Assembly: GCA_049610985.1 (NCBI GenBank)
Contig: JBMZAB010000005.1
Coordinates: 12,587-76,586, forward strand
DNA: 64,000 bases
Origin: Flavobacteriales bacterium
GTDB lineage: Bacteria; Bacteroidota; Bacteroidia; Flavobacteriales_D; Sanyastnellaceae
Direction of reading: 5' to 3'
Shown here: positions 45,449-55,699 of the stretch, one piece after another
How the letters are laid out: each line of letters opens with the position of its first letter
Position numbering within the stretch: position 1 is the first letter of the stretch
Made by a program: the position numbers and the translations under genes
Notes under the pieces: generated by a model
Told to the model about the DNA's origin: nothing
The model's input: the letters and a program-made list of their open reading frames with translations, nothing else
The model's database searches: none

Positions 45449-45652
45449 ATGGGAATTGTTGAGATTTTATTGACAATCGGCCTCCTCAGTTTAGGTGTGG
45501 CCGGCATCGCCATCAAAATCTTGGTGAAGCCAGGGGGAGAGTTCAGCGGAACATGCGCCAGCAACAACCCCATGCTCCGCAGCGAAAAAGGGGGATGCAG
45601 CGTGTGCGGCGCCCGTCCCCAAGACGCATGTCAGGCAGAAAATCCAGCTTGA
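45449..45652 (+). CDS. nqrM: small Cys-rich single-pass membrane protein, candidate NqrM-like Na+-NQR maturation factor
   Basis: 67 aa with one N-terminal TM helix (IVEILLTIGLLSLGVAGIAIKIL), then C36-x13-C50-x2-C53-x7-C61. It lies 18 nt from the 3' end of apbE, in convergent orientation. Confidence 0.5.
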   Translation: MGIVEILLTIGLLSLGVAGIAIKILVKPGGEFSGTCASNNPMLRSEKGGCSVCGARPQDACQAENPA

Positions 45653-45670
45653 TTTAAGCGCTGTCCCGCC

Positions 45671-46834
45671 TCAGCGATTCACCTCTGGCAACTCGGACAA
45701 CCAAGTCAATTGCCCACGCATCTTGGGTGTCGCCCAGAAGCTGTAGGCGTCGGTGGAATCTGCCATGATGAACAACGCTTCAACCGGCTTGCCAGCCTGC
45801 TGCAAGCTGTCGATCCATGCTGCGCCGTCCTCTGGCCCCAACACCATGCACACGGTGGCGTAGGCGTCCGCGTAAGCCGCGCTGGGTGTGACCACCGTGG
45901 CGCTCAGCAAGCCATGGTCCACAGGACGACCGGTGCGAGGGTCCAAAGTGTGCGAAACGCGTTGGCCATTGACCACTGTCGTTTTCCTGTAGTTCCCGCT
46001 CGTGCACACAGAGGTGTTCTCCACAGGATAGATGGCCTGCAAGGAGCGGCCGACAGCTTGTGGCCGGTCCACTGCGATGCGCCAAGGCTGGCCTTGCAGA
46101 TTGCTTCCCCAACACTTCACCTCCCCGCCCAACTCCACCATGGCATGCGCCACACCTTCCATTTGGAGCACTTCGGCCAACCCGTCCACGGTGTAACCTT
46201 GGGCCACGGCATTGAAATCCAGAGAAACCCTGGAGTCGCCCTTGGAGAGGTGGCCAGCGGTCTTTTGACCACTGTCGTCGAGCACCTCGTTGAAATCCAC
46301 AACGTCGGTGCGGAACCTGGCGAAGGCGAGCACGCTGTCAACCATGGCTTGGGTCACCACATTTCGGTGCTCGGTGCGGAATCCCCACAGCTTCATCAAC
46401 GGCGCCATGGCCACGTCGAACGCGCCTCTTGACTCGGCATGCACATCGAAGGAAATGTCCCAAAGCAAGGCCCAGACGTCGGCCGCATCGCGCACTTCAA
46501 ACACCGTGTCGGTCCGGGAAAATGCATTGAACCGAGACAACGCCGACTCGGGCCGCCACGCGTTCATTTCCACATCCACCCGCTCAAGCTCGTCGTCGAT
46601 GGCTTGCTGGGGCACGGAATCTTGAGCCACGTACTTGATGGTGTACGTCGTGCCTTGGGCCTCGCCTTGGTGAACCCAGAGCTTCCCGCCCACGACAGGA
46701 TTCTCTACGTCGCATCCAGGGTCCTGACATCCGAAAACGACAAAGGCCCCTGCCAATGCAAGGACCTTTGTGATTCGTGGCGTGATGAAATCAGCCACCA
46801 AAGTCGTCGAAACTGACGTTTTCAGGGGGCACAC
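45671..46834 (-). CDS. apbE: FAD:protein FMN transferase
   Basis: [23 protein letters not shown] and VCTSGNYRK blocks are typical of ApbE. It follows nqrF directly. The start is uncertain: 46834 overlaps nqrF by 44 nt, while an in-frame GTG at 46798 overlaps by 8 nt. Confidence 0.85.
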   Translation of the reverse strand: MCPLKTSVSTTLVADFITPRITKVLALAGAFVVFGCQDPGCDVENPVVGGKLWVHQGEAQGTTYTIKYVAQDSVPQQAIDDELERVDVEMNAWRPESALSRFNAFSRTDTVFEVRDAADVWALLWDISFDVHAESRGAFDVAMAPLMKLWGFRTEHRNVVTQAMVDSVLAFARFRTDVVDFNEVLDDSGQKTAGHLSKGDSRVSLDFNAVAQGYTVDGLAEVLQMEGVAHAMVELGGEVKCWGSNLQGQPWRIAVDRPQAVGRSLQAIYPVENTSVCTSGNYRKTTVVNGQRVSHTLDPRTGRPVDHGLLSATVVTPSAAYADAYATVCMVLGPEDGAAWIDSLQQAGKPVEALFIMADSTDAYSFWATPKMRGQLTWLSELPEVNR

Positions 46835-48086
46835 CCCAATCGTCGCACATCTTCAGCACCGCCTGGTTCATCATGGGCGGACCGCAGAAGTAGAACTCGA
46901 TGTCCTCAGGCGCCTCGTGGTCTTTGAGGTGGTGGTCGATGACTGCGTTGTGGACAAAGCCAAGAAAGCCATCGCCCTCGTCGTTGATGTCCTTTTTCTC
47001 GTTCCAATTGTCCCCTTCGGCTGGCTCGGACAACACCAAGTGGAACTTGAAGTTGGGGAACTCCTTCTCAATCGCCCGAAAATCGTCCACGTAGAACAGC
47101 TCACGCTTGGAACGTCCGCCATAGAAGAAGGTGACCTTGCGGCCAGTCTTCAAGGTGTGGAACAGGTGGAACAAGTGGGAGCGCATGGGCGCCATGCCTG
47201 CACCACCTCCGATGTACACCATCTCGGCTTCGGTCTCTTTGATGAAGAATTCGCCGTACGGACCAGAAATGGTGACTTTGTCGCCTGGCTTTTGGGCAAA
47301 GACGAACGAAGAACAAATGCCTGGATTTACCTGCATCCATCCGTTCCGCGCGCGGTCCCAAGGTGGGGTCGCGATCCGAATGTTCAACATCACAATGTTG
47401 CCCTCCGCAGGGTGGTTGGCCATGGAGTACGCCCGAACGATCGGCTCGTCGTTGACCATCTTGAGGTCCCACAACCCGAACTTGTCCCACTCCGACTGGA
47501 AGGTCTTGGGATCTGGGTGATGCTCAGGGTGGGCCGTGATGTCGATGTCCTTGTAGTCCACAGTGATCGTCGGCACATCCACTTGGATGTATCCGCCAGC
47601 TTCGAAGTCCAAGGTTTCGCCCTCTGGAAGGCGCACCACAAACTCCTTGATGAAGGAGGCCACATTGTAGTTGGACACCACTTCGCACTCCCACTTCTTG
47701 ATGCCGAAGACTTCCTCAGGAACCTGAATGTCCATGTCTTCCTTCACCTTCACTTGGCATCCAAGGCGCCAGTTGTCGGCGATCTCTTTGCGTGAGAAGT
47801 GCGGGGTCTCGGTGGGCAGGATGGAACCTCCGCCAGTGTTGACTTGGCATTTGCACTGGACACAAGTGCCACCGCCGCCACAGGCTGAAGGAAGGAACAC
47901 CCCGTTGTTGCCCAACGTGGACAGCAGGGTTGAGCCTCCCTCCACCTCAAGGGTTTGCTCCCCGTTGATGGTGATTTTGAGTTTGCCCGCGGGCGAGAGT
48001 TTAGCCTTCACAAAGAGAAGCAAGCTCACGAGCATCAAGATGACCGTGAGGAAGAAGGCGATGGTCAGAATCAGCGTGGTCGTCAT
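46791..48086 (-). CDS. nqrF: Na+-translocating NADH:quinone oxidoreductase subunit F
   Basis: N-terminal TM helix, 2Fe-2S motif [12 protein letters not shown], and FAD motif RAYSMAN. Confidence 0.95.
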   Translation of the reverse strand: MTTTLILTIAFFLTVILMLVSLLLFVKAKLSPAGKLKITINGEQTLEVEGGSTLLSTLGNNGVFLPSACGGGGTCVQCKCQVNTGGGSILPTETPHFSRKEIADNWRLGCQVKVKEDMDIQVPEEVFGIKKWECEVVSNYNVASFIKEFVVRLPEGETLDFEAGGYIQVDVPTITVDYKDIDITAHPEHHPDPKTFQSEWDKFGLWDLKMVNDEPIVRAYSMANHPAEGNIVMLNIRIATPPWDRARNGWMQVNPGICSSFVFAQKPGDKVTISGPYGEFFIKETEAEMVYIGGGAGMAPMRSHLFHLFHTLKTGRKVTFFYGGRSKRELFYVDDFRAIEKEFPNFKFHLVLSEPAEGDNWNEKKDINDEGDGFLGFVHNAVIDHHLKDHEAPEDIEFYFCGPPMMNQAVLKMCDDWGVPPENVSFDDFGG

Positions 48087-48092
48087 GTCTGA

Positions 48093-48707
48093 TCAGATTT
48101 CAATGCCCATGAAGCTCATGAAGGCGATGCCCATGAGTCCAGTGATGATGAACGTGATGCCCAACCCGCGGAGCGGCGCAGGGACGTGAGAGTAGCGAAT
48201 TTTTTCGCGGATGGCGGCGATGGCCACGATGGCCAACCACCAGCCCACCCCGCTGCCCAGGCCAAAGACCGTGGCTTCCCCAATGCTCGGGTACTGGCGG
48301 TCCTGCATGAACAAGGCGCCACCGAGGATGGAACAATTCACCGCGATCAGGGGCAGGAAGATGCCCAACGCGCCGTACAGTGCAGGGGCGAACTTCTCGA
48401 CAATCATCTCCACGAGCTGCACCATGGAGGCGATGACCGCGATGAACATGATGAAACTGAGGAAGCTCAAGTCCACATTGGCGTACTCTGGATTCAACCA
48501 GGCCAAGGCCCCTTCCTTGAGCACGTAGTTCTCGAGGAGGTAGTTGATTGGCACGGTGATGCCGAGGACAAAAATCACCGCAAGGCCCAAGCCGTTGGCG
48601 GTTTTGACCGTCTTGGACACCGCGAGGTAAGAACACATGCCCAAGAAGTAGGCGAAAATCATGTTCTCGATGAAGATGCCCTTCACGAATATGCTGAGGT
48701 ATTCCAT
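48093..48707 (-). CDS. nqrE: Na+-NQR subunit E
   Basis: 204-aa polytopic protein [31 protein letters not shown], Rnf/Nqr E-type, in operon position. Confidence 0.95.
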   Translation of the reverse strand: MEYLSIFVKGIFIENMIFAYFLGMCSYLAVSKTVKTANGLGLAVIFVLGITVPINYLLENYVLKEGALAWLNPEYANVDLSFLSFIMFIAVIASMVQLVEMIVEKFAPALYGALGIFLPLIAVNCSILGGALFMQDRQYPSIGEATVFGLGSGVGWWLAIVAIAAIREKIRYSHVPAPLRGLGITFIITGLMGIAFMSFMGIEI

Positions 48708-48710
48708 GGC

Positions 48711-49406
48711 TTAGTTTTCTTCGATAAGTGCCTCGTTGCGGCTGCGTTGAATCCAAATGATGATGCCCACCGTGATCAAAGCCATCGGAGGGAGAATCAT
48801 CAGGTTGTTGTTCTCGTAGAAGCCTCCTTCAGAGATGAACCAGCTTGTGGGCAGGAACTTGACTTGGCCCATGCCAGGGAGCGAGATGGCCCCACTGCCG
48901 AAGATTTCACGGACAATGGAAACCACCAGTAGAATCCAAGCGTAGCCCATCGCGTTGCCGATGGCGTCGAGGAGCGAAGGCCCAGGCTTGTTGCCCAAGG
49001 CGAACGCCTCAAGACGACCCATGATGATGCAGTTGGTGATGATCAAGCCCACAAAGACCGACAGCTTCTCGCTGATGTCGGGCTGGAAAGCTTTCAGCAC
49101 CTGGTCCACGATGATCACCAAAGAGGCGACGACCACGAGCTGCACAATGATCCGGATTCGGTCTGGCACCATGTTGCGAAGCAAGGAGATGATGACGTTG
49201 CCACCAATCATCACGAAGAGCACAGACAAGCTCATGATCACGGCCTGCTGGAGTTGCACGGTGATCGCCAAGGCGGAGCAAATGCCAAGCACCTGAACGG
49301 TGATGGGGTTGCTGTCGTCCAGGGGATCCTTGAGGAGTTTGCGGTTCTTTTTGCTGAACAAGCTCTCGCGCTTGGTCTCGACCGCGGTGTTGGTGTCGGT
49401 GCTCAT
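48711..49406 (-). CDS. nqrD: Na+-NQR subunit D
   Basis: ...LKDPLDDSNPITVQVLGICSALAIT... matches the NqrD/RnfE pattern. Confidence 0.95.
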   Translation of the reverse strand: MSTDTNTAVETKRESLFSKKNRKLLKDPLDDSNPITVQVLGICSALAITVQLQQAVIMSLSVLFVMIGGNVIISLLRNMVPDRIRIIVQLVVVASLVIIVDQVLKAFQPDISEKLSVFVGLIITNCIIMGRLEAFALGNKPGPSLLDAIGNAMGYAWILLVVSIVREIFGSGAISLPGMGQVKFLPTSWFISEGGFYENNNLMILPPMALITVGIIIWIQRSRNEALIEEN

Positions 49407-50176
49407 CGTTGGGCGCGTTGGGTTGAGTTGTTGAAGTACTTGAGGTAAATGCCCATGGTGCGGTTGAGCATTTCATCCACGCCCTTGGACGTGATGGTGC
49501 CGCCGGTGATGCCGTCGACGCTGTGCACGTCGGTCAACGCTCCGCCCTTCAAGACCGAGAAATAAGTGGGCCCCACTTCCGCGAGGGTCTTGCCTTCGAA
49601 CTTTTCGGTGAAGAAAGACTCCTTGATTTCGGCACCCAAACCTGGCGTCTCCGTCTTGTGATCAAACTTGGCGCCGTAGATGGTCTGCATGTCGCCCTCA
49701 AGCGCCACGTAGCCCCAAATCGGCCCCCACAGTCCCGAGCCCACCATGGGCACCACGAAGTAGGTCTCGCCATCTTTTTGGCATTCGAAGACCGGGAAGG
49801 TCAAGTCGTCGGCGTTCGCCCAAGACAAGTCGCCTTTGGCGGGCTTGTGCGAGCGGTAGTCCTTCTTGATGTCGATGTTGAAGGGGTCGGTCGCGTCGGT
49901 GGTGCTGACTTCCCCTTGCTTCACAGACACCTGCGCGCCAGTCGCGTCGATGGACACGCGCGAGGTCACGTATTCTGCAAAGAGCTCCTTGGCGTTGTCG
50001 CGCTGGGAGTCCACTTTGATGGCCCCAAGGATGTCCATCATCTTTTTGTCAGCCGCATTGGCCTGCTGGAGGGGCTTCAGCGAGATGGCTGTGGCTGCGA
50101 GGGCCGTTCCCACCACCACCACCATCACAATGGCAAAGCCAAAGGTGTAGCCGGTTCCGTTTTTGTTGATCGCCAT
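49403..50176 (-). CDS. nqrC: Na+-NQR subunit C
   Basis: Single TM helix, then the FMN-attachment context DGITGGTITSKGV. Confidence 0.9.
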   Translation of the reverse strand: MAINKNGTGYTFGFAIVMVVVVGTALAATAISLKPLQQANAADKKMMDILGAIKVDSQRDNAKELFAEYVTSRVSIDATGAQVSVKQGEVSTTDATDPFNIDIKKDYRSHKPAKGDLSWANADDLTFPVFECQKDGETYFVVPMVGSGLWGPIWGYVALEGDMQTIYGAKFDHKTETPGLGAEIKESFFTEKFEGKTLAEVGPTYFSVLKGGALTDVHSVDGITGGTITSKGVDEMLNRTMGIYLKYFNNSTQRAQR

Positions 50177-50203
50177 GGTTGTGCGTTTCGTTCGTTCGTA
50201 AGG

Positions 50204-51421
50204 TTAGGCTGCGGCCACAGTCAATCGCTTCTCGCGGCGCTTGATGTTGGCTTCAATCACGTAGTGGTCGATGAGTGGGGCCATGACATTCATGAACAGG
50301 ATGGCCATCATCACCCCCTCCGGGTAGGCGGGGTTGAAGACGCGAATCATGATGCTGAACAAGCCGCCAAAGAACCCGTACCAGAGCTTGCCGGTGTTGG
50401 TTTGGGCCGCACTCACAGGGTCGGTGGCCATGAAGACCATGCCAAACATGAATCCGCCCATCACCACTTGGTGCACAGGGCTGATGGTCATGTACGCGTT
50501 GGCGCCGATGAGGTTGAACAACACCCCCATCACCAAGCCGCCTGCCAAGAAGGAGGCGATCACGCGCCAGCTGCCAATGCCGGTCCAAATGAGGATGGCC
50601 GCGCCGATCAAGCAGGCCAACGCAGACGTTTCACCCACCGAACCTGGGATCAACCCCAAGAAGCAATTGCTCAGCGAGAACATGCCGCCGTCCGCGAACA
50701 ACGACATCGTGGCTGCACTCGCTTCTGACGCCGCGGTGCCGACTGTGCCCGCGAGGTGTCCCAAGGCCGTGGCCCCAGTGTAACCGTCCACAAGCATACC
50801 TCCTGCCTTGCTGGTCGCCACGTCGTGGATCCAGATTTCTCCACTCAATTGTTTGGGGTAGGCGAAGAACAAGAACGCCCGCGCCGTGAGGGCCACGTTC
50901 AAAATGTTCATGCCGGTGCCTCCGAAGACTTCCTTCGCCACCACCACGGCAAACGCCACGGCCAAGGCGACCATCCAAAGGGGCACGTCCACAGGCATGA
51001 TGAGTGGGATCAGCATGCCGGACACGAGGTACCCCTCGTTGATGCTGTGGCCTCGCATGCCCGCGAACAAAAACTCAATGCCCAAGCCCACGCCGTAGCT
51101 GACGACGATGAGGGGGATGACCTTCCATGCGCCCACGAGCACGTTGGCGAGGAGGTCAGAAGATTGGCCCAAGCTCAAATGGTATTGGTGCCCGATGTTC
51201 CACATGCCAAACAACAGACAGGGAATCATGGCCACAATCACCAAGAACATGGTGCGCTTCAAATCAATGCTGTCGCGGACGTGCGCCCCCGAAGAGGTCA
51301 CATGACCTGGGGTGAATGCGAACGTCTCAAGGGAGTCGAACACCACCCAAAAGCGCGACAGCTTGCCGCCCTCTTCGAAGTGAGGCTTGACCGATTGGAT
51401 GAGGTTGTGAATGGCTTTCAT
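50204..51421 (-). CDS. nqrB: Na+-NQR subunit B
   Basis: 405-aa polytopic protein with FMN-attachment context DGYTGATALGH. Confidence 0.95.
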   Translation of the reverse strand: MKAIHNLIQSVKPHFEEGGKLSRFWVVFDSLETFAFTPGHVTSSGAHVRDSIDLKRTMFLVIVAMIPCLLFGMWNIGHQYHLSLGQSSDLLANVLVGAWKVIPLIVVSYGVGLGIEFLFAGMRGHSINEGYLVSGMLIPLIMPVDVPLWMVALAVAFAVVVAKEVFGGTGMNILNVALTARAFLFFAYPKQLSGEIWIHDVATSKAGGMLVDGYTGATALGHLAGTVGTAASEASAATMSLFADGGMFSLSNCFLGLIPGSVGETSALACLIGAAILIWTGIGSWRVIASFLAGGLVMGVLFNLIGANAYMTISPVHQVVMGGFMFGMVFMATDPVSAAQTNTGKLWYGFFGGLFSIMIRVFNPAYPEGVMMAILFMNVMAPLIDHYVIEANIKRREKRLTVAAA

Positions 51422-51432
51422 GTCGTCAGACT

Positions 51433-52779
51433 TTATCCAAGTTCCACTTTCAAAGCGTCCAGCCCCTCACGCACGAGCGACTGCACAGGAATTTTCGAGG
51501 TGCATACGAATTCGCACAAGGCAAAATCCTCGGGCGCGACCTCGTAGATGCCCAGCTTCTCCATCGCATCGATGTCGTTCACCATGATGCTCTTGACGAG
51601 GTGCACTGGGAAGATGTCAAAGGGGAACACCGCCTCGTATTGGCCGGAGACCACAAAGGCGCGGTCTTCTCCATTCTGGTTGGTGTCCAACGTGTAGGTC
51701 TTCCCCTTGGGCATGAGCCACGTGGGGTAGGCACGGCTGGCCGAGAACTTGTTCAACCCTGGGCTCAACCAACCTTCGGTCAACATGAACTTGGGGTCGT
51801 GCCCTTCCGGCAACGCCACCACTTGCGTGGCGAACGCGCCCAAGTGACCGTCGATTCCAGCGTTGGTGCCGGTCAACACGCTGCCGCTGATGACGCGCGC
51901 GCCGTCGTGGACCTTCAAGCCGAGGTCGGCGAGCTTGGCGCCGACGATGGTTTCCAAGTGACGGGGGTTGTCCATCTCTGAACCGCATGCGGCCACCACA
52001 CGACGGGCACTGTACTTGCCCGTGTTCAGGAAGGCGCCAAGGTTGATTGCGTCTTGCAATCCCAACGTCCACAACACTTCCCCTTTGTTGATGGGGGCCG
52101 TGTGGTGAATCTGCACACCCACGTTGCCCGCGGGGTGAGGTCCTTGGAACGCAGTCGTCTTGCAATTTTTGAGTCCAGCGAGGGCGTTGTCGCCAGCTTG
52201 AAGGCCCACGTGCACCCCTCCTGCTCCTGCGAGCTCGGCCAGGGCATCAATTCCGCGCTGGAGGTGGTCCATTTGGCCTTTCACCACCACAGAAGTCGAC
52301 GCCGCCATGGGCGAGGAATCGAATCCACTCACGTAAATGGCGCGAGGGGTCTCGTCAGGGTTGGCCAACACGTCGAAAGGACGCTGGCGGAAAGCCGCGA
52401 ACAAACCTGCCTCGGCCAGATGGGCCACCAGGGAGTCTCGGTCCCCTCCGTTCCAAACCCCAAAGTCACGGTGCTTCTCTTCGTTGGAAGCCTCAACCAC
52501 GACGGCCATGATCCGGCGCTTGGCGCCACGAATCACATCCTTCACGGTGCCTGCCACTGGGCTTGCGACTTTGACGTTGGTGAAGGTCTTGTCGAACACA
52601 AGCGCGTCACCGACGCTCACAGCGTCGCCAGCTTTGACAGCAAGTTTGGGGGTCAATCCCGCGTAGTCGGGAGGTTGAATGGCCACCACCTTGGGTGCCG
52701 GCGCTGCAGCACATTCGGTGGAAGGAGCTCCGGCCAAGCGGATGTCAACTCCTTTTTTGATTCGCAAGGTCTTGGACAT
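51433..52779 (-). CDS. nqrA: Na+-NQR subunit A
   Basis: MSKTLRIKKGVDIRLAGAP... is the conserved NqrA start. The track's extra 42 codons (to 52905) have no support. Confidence 0.9.
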   Translation of the reverse strand: MSKTLRIKKGVDIRLAGAPSTECAAAPAPKVVAIQPPDYAGLTPKLAVKAGDAVSVGDALVFDKTFTNVKVASPVAGTVKDVIRGAKRRIMAVVVEASNEEKHRDFGVWNGGDRDSLVAHLAEAGLFAAFRQRPFDVLANPDETPRAIYVSGFDSSPMAASTSVVVKGQMDHLQRGIDALAELAGAGGVHVGLQAGDNALAGLKNCKTTAFQGPHPAGNVGVQIHHTAPINKGEVLWTLGLQDAINLGAFLNTGKYSARRVVAACGSEMDNPRHLETIVGAKLADLGLKVHDGARVISGSVLTGTNAGIDGHLGAFATQVVALPEGHDPKFMLTEGWLSPGLNKFSASRAYPTWLMPKGKTYTLDTNQNGEDRAFVVSGQYEAVFPFDIFPVHLVKSIMVNDIDAMEKLGIYEVAPEDFALCEFVCTSKIPVQSLVREGLDALKVELG

Positions 52780-52903
52780 GTCCAATCGGTTTTCGGGGCG
52801 CAAAGGTAGCCCCCACAATTCAAAAGAACGGACCAAGACAACACGCGATTTATCCATGGTCGCAAGGGCAATTCTTGAAAGGATTTGCGACGAACTTTGG
52901 GGC

Positions 52904-54205
52904 ATGACTTTCAGCTGGCACGTTCCTCACGCAAGTTCTGGGCTGTGGGCCTTGGCCCTGACTTGGTTCAGCGCCACGGTGGCCAACGCACAACCTTCCA
53001 CGTTTCCTCCCCTGCCCCTCGACGACGCGCGCATTCAAGCGGTGACGTTCCACCCTGTGGGCCAACCCATCGCGCCGCCGGTGGTTTCGCTGGCGCAATC
53101 CCAGGAACAAGGCGTGTTGGAACTGCGCTTTGACGACATGACGGGGGACTACACGCCCTGGGAAGTTCAAATCGTTCACTGCGACCGCCACTGGCAACCC
53201 TCCGACCTCCACCCCAGCGAGTACCTGCAAGGGTTCTACTCCACCCCCACCGCCGACGACGAGGCCAGCTTCGGAACCAAAGTGGATTTCACCCACCACC
53301 TGTTGCGGTTGCCCAACGACGACTTGAGGTGGACGCGAAGCGGCAATTACTTGCTCCAAATCGTCGACCCTTCTGAGCCTGAACGGCCGCTGGTGCAGCG
53401 CCGATTCGTGGTGTTTGAGGAATTGTGCGACGTGGACGCCAGGGTGAGCGAGCCCTCGGATTTGGCGTTGGTGCGCAGCCACCAGGAGGTGCACTTCACG
53501 GTGAAAGAGCGGACCTACAGCTTGTCTGACCCGTACGATCGGCTGACCGTCACCGTGGTGCCCAACTGGACCTGGTCACGGGCCATCACAGGCAAGGAGC
53601 CGAGGTTTGTCAAAGGCACCGAGATCGACTTCACCCGATCCGGCCATGTGTTTGAAGGGGGCAACACCTATCGATTTGTGGACCTCAAAGGCCTCGAATT
53701 CAGCGCACGCGGCGTCGCCCGCCTGGAAGAACATCCCGACGCATGGCACTTCTGGCTGGAGACAGACGAGCGCCGCACGTACGACTACTACGGCGGAGGC
53801 CAAGACATTCACGGTGCGTCGGTCACCCACAACGACCGGCTCGACCCCTTCACCGGGAGCGACCACGTGTGGGTGCACTGGTCTTTGGACACCCGCCACC
53901 CGCTGGCTGGAAGGGACGTCTATGTGGTGGGTGCGTTGAGCCAGCACGAGTGCAGGCCCGACTTCAAGATGATCTACGACGCCGACCGTGGCCTGTACAC
54001 GTTGGACCAAACCCTCAAGCAGGGCTACCACAACTACCACTACGTGGTTCGGGAACAAGGCGACCGCGACTCCGCAGGCCAACTGCTCGATGTCGAAGGA
54101 AGCCACGCCCAAACCAACAACCTCTACACCCTGGTGGTGCATTACGACGATTGGGAAGGCTACGACCGCGTTGTTGGCCTTTCGCAATGGGAATCGAATC
54201 CATGA
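52904..54205 (+). CDS. DUF5103 / T9SS-plug-like protein
   Basis: Signal MTFSWHV...WFSATVANAQ. ...LELRFDDMTGDYTPWEVQIVHCDRHWQPSDLHPSEYLQGF...SGNYLLQIV...RRFVVFE follows the pattern I recall for Bacteroidota DUF5103 proteins. Confidence 0.65.
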   Translation: MTFSWHVPHASSGLWALALTWFSATVANAQPSTFPPLPLDDARIQAVTFHPVGQPIAPPVVSLAQSQEQGVLELRFDDMTGDYTPWEVQIVHCDRHWQPSDLHPSEYLQGFYSTPTADDEASFGTKVDFTHHLLRLPNDDLRWTRSGNYLLQIVDPSEPERPLVQRRFVVFEELCDVDARVSEPSDLALVRSHQEVHFTVKERTYSLSDPYDRLTVTVVPNWTWSRAITGKEPRFVKGTEIDFTRSGHVFEGGNTYRFVDLKGLEFSARGVARLEEHPDAWHFWLETDERRTYDYYGGGQDIHGASVTHNDRLDPFTGSDHVWVHWSLDTRHPLAGRDVYVVGALSQHECRPDFKMIYDADRGLYTLDQTLKQGYHNYHYVVREQGDRDSAGQLLDVEGSHAQTNNLYTLVVHYDDWEGYDRVVGLSQWESNP

Positions 54206-55695
54206 AGCACGTCCTGCTCTTCTTCGCAGCCACGTGGGCGTGCCAAACCATCGCGCAGTCCCCGTTCGACACCTGGGCGGACGAGTACGGTGTGCTCGGA
54301 TTCAGCGTTTCTGTGGCCACTGAATCGGGCCCCACATCCACCTGGACCGGTGGCCTTCGAGAAGTGGAAGCACAACTTCCCGTCAACGCCGCCACAACTT
54401 TCAGGGTGGCCTCCATCAGCAAAGCCGCCGTGGCGGTTGGTTTTTTCAAGCTGTGGGCCAATGGCGAAATCGGGTTAGACGACGACATCAATGAGGTCCT
54501 CGGCACCACCCTCACGACCCCTGTGTTGCACCCTCAACATCCGAGCACGCCCCTCACCCCACGCATGCTGCTGAGTCACACATCGGGGCTCAGAGATGGC
54601 AGTGGGTATTCGGACTTTTTGAGCAGCACGTACAACGCTCCTTCGGGCAGTGAGATTCCTACGATTTCGGAAGCATTGGATCCCTCAGGCACCTATTACA
54701 CCACCGACATGTGGGGCACAGAGCCCGGCACCTACTTTGCGTATTCCAACCTCAATTTTGGCTTGTTGGCGACTGTCATGGAGGCTGTGACCCAAACGCG
54801 ATTTGACGTGTGGATGCGCAACGAAGTCTTTGCTCCGCTCAACATGAACGCGAGCTTCGCCATCCAAGACTTGGAGTCCATTGAAAATCTGGCTGTGCTT
54901 TACCGTCACGTGGGCGATTGGATTCCACAAGTCGACAACCACGGCGGAACCATGCCCGCAGCCCCGGACCTCGCAGCTTACATTCCCGGCACAAATGCCG
55001 CGCGTTTTTCCCCCCAAGGGGGGTTGCGTTGCAGCGCCCCTGACCTGCTCACCCTGGTGAACGAATGGGTGGCCCTGAGTTCTGGCGGCACAACCTCCCA
55101 GCTCCTTCCCGCGCCTGTGGTCCAAACTCTCCGAGAAGAAGAATGGTCTGTTGATGCCAGCAATGGAAACACCTATGGGGGCCTTTTCGAGGCTTGGGGG
55201 CTGGGGCTTCACATCGACGCCTTCGATTCAGAAAACCATCCGGCACCAGGCCAGGAAGCCACGGCTTGGGGACATCCTGGCGAAGCCTACGGGTTGATTT
55301 CTGGAGCCTACCACGTGGTGACTTCTGACGGTTGCCGTTGGAAATTCGCCTACCTGATCAACGGCATGAATCCTGAGCCCAACCTCGGTGAGGACGGTTG
55401 GTACAGCGTGGAGAATGCGCTGCACGACATTCTCGGACAATGGGCCAACGCGTCGTGCAGCACTTCCCAACTTGACGAGCAAGATTTCGCACCCAGACCT
55501 TGCTGTCACGTGATGGATCCTGGTCAAACACGTCCAGCCGACCTTGTTTGTTCGCCCTGTGTTTGGACAGATTGGAAAGGACGCATGGCTCACCAAACAA
55601 CGCAAGACTTGTGGCTCGCCCCTTCACTCGCTGCCGGGCACTACGTGCTGACTGAACAAGGCATGGTGGTGGGCACCGTACTCCTGACCCCCTGA
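54202..55695 (+). CDS. serine hydrolase, beta-lactamase/transpeptidase fold
   Basis: The ATG at 54202 overlaps the upstream stop (ATGA). Signal MKHVLLFFAATWACQTIAQ, S-x-x-K in FRVASISKAAV, and Y-x-N in YFAYSNLNF. Confidence 0.8.
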   Translation: MKHVLLFFAATWACQTIAQSPFDTWADEYGVLGFSVSVATESGPTSTWTGGLREVEAQLPVNAATTFRVASISKAAVAVGFFKLWANGEIGLDDDINEVLGTTLTTPVLHPQHPSTPLTPRMLLSHTSGLRDGSGYSDFLSSTYNAPSGSEIPTISEALDPSGTYYTTDMWGTEPGTYFAYSNLNFGLLATVMEAVTQTRFDVWMRNEVFAPLNMNASFAIQDLESIENLAVLYRHVGDWIPQVDNHGGTMPAAPDLAAYIPGTNAARFSPQGGLRCSAPDLLTLVNEWVALSSGGTTSQLLPAPVVQTLREEEWSVDASNGNTYGGLFEAWGLGLHIDAFDSENHPAPGQEATAWGHPGEAYGLISGAYHVVTSDGCRWKFAYLINGMNPEPNLGEDGWYSVENALHDILGQWANASCSTSQLDEQDFAPRPCCHVMDPGQTRPADLVCSPCVWTDWKGRMAHQTTQDLWLAPSLAAGHYVLTEQGMVVGTVLLTP

Positions 55696-55699
55696 CAGC

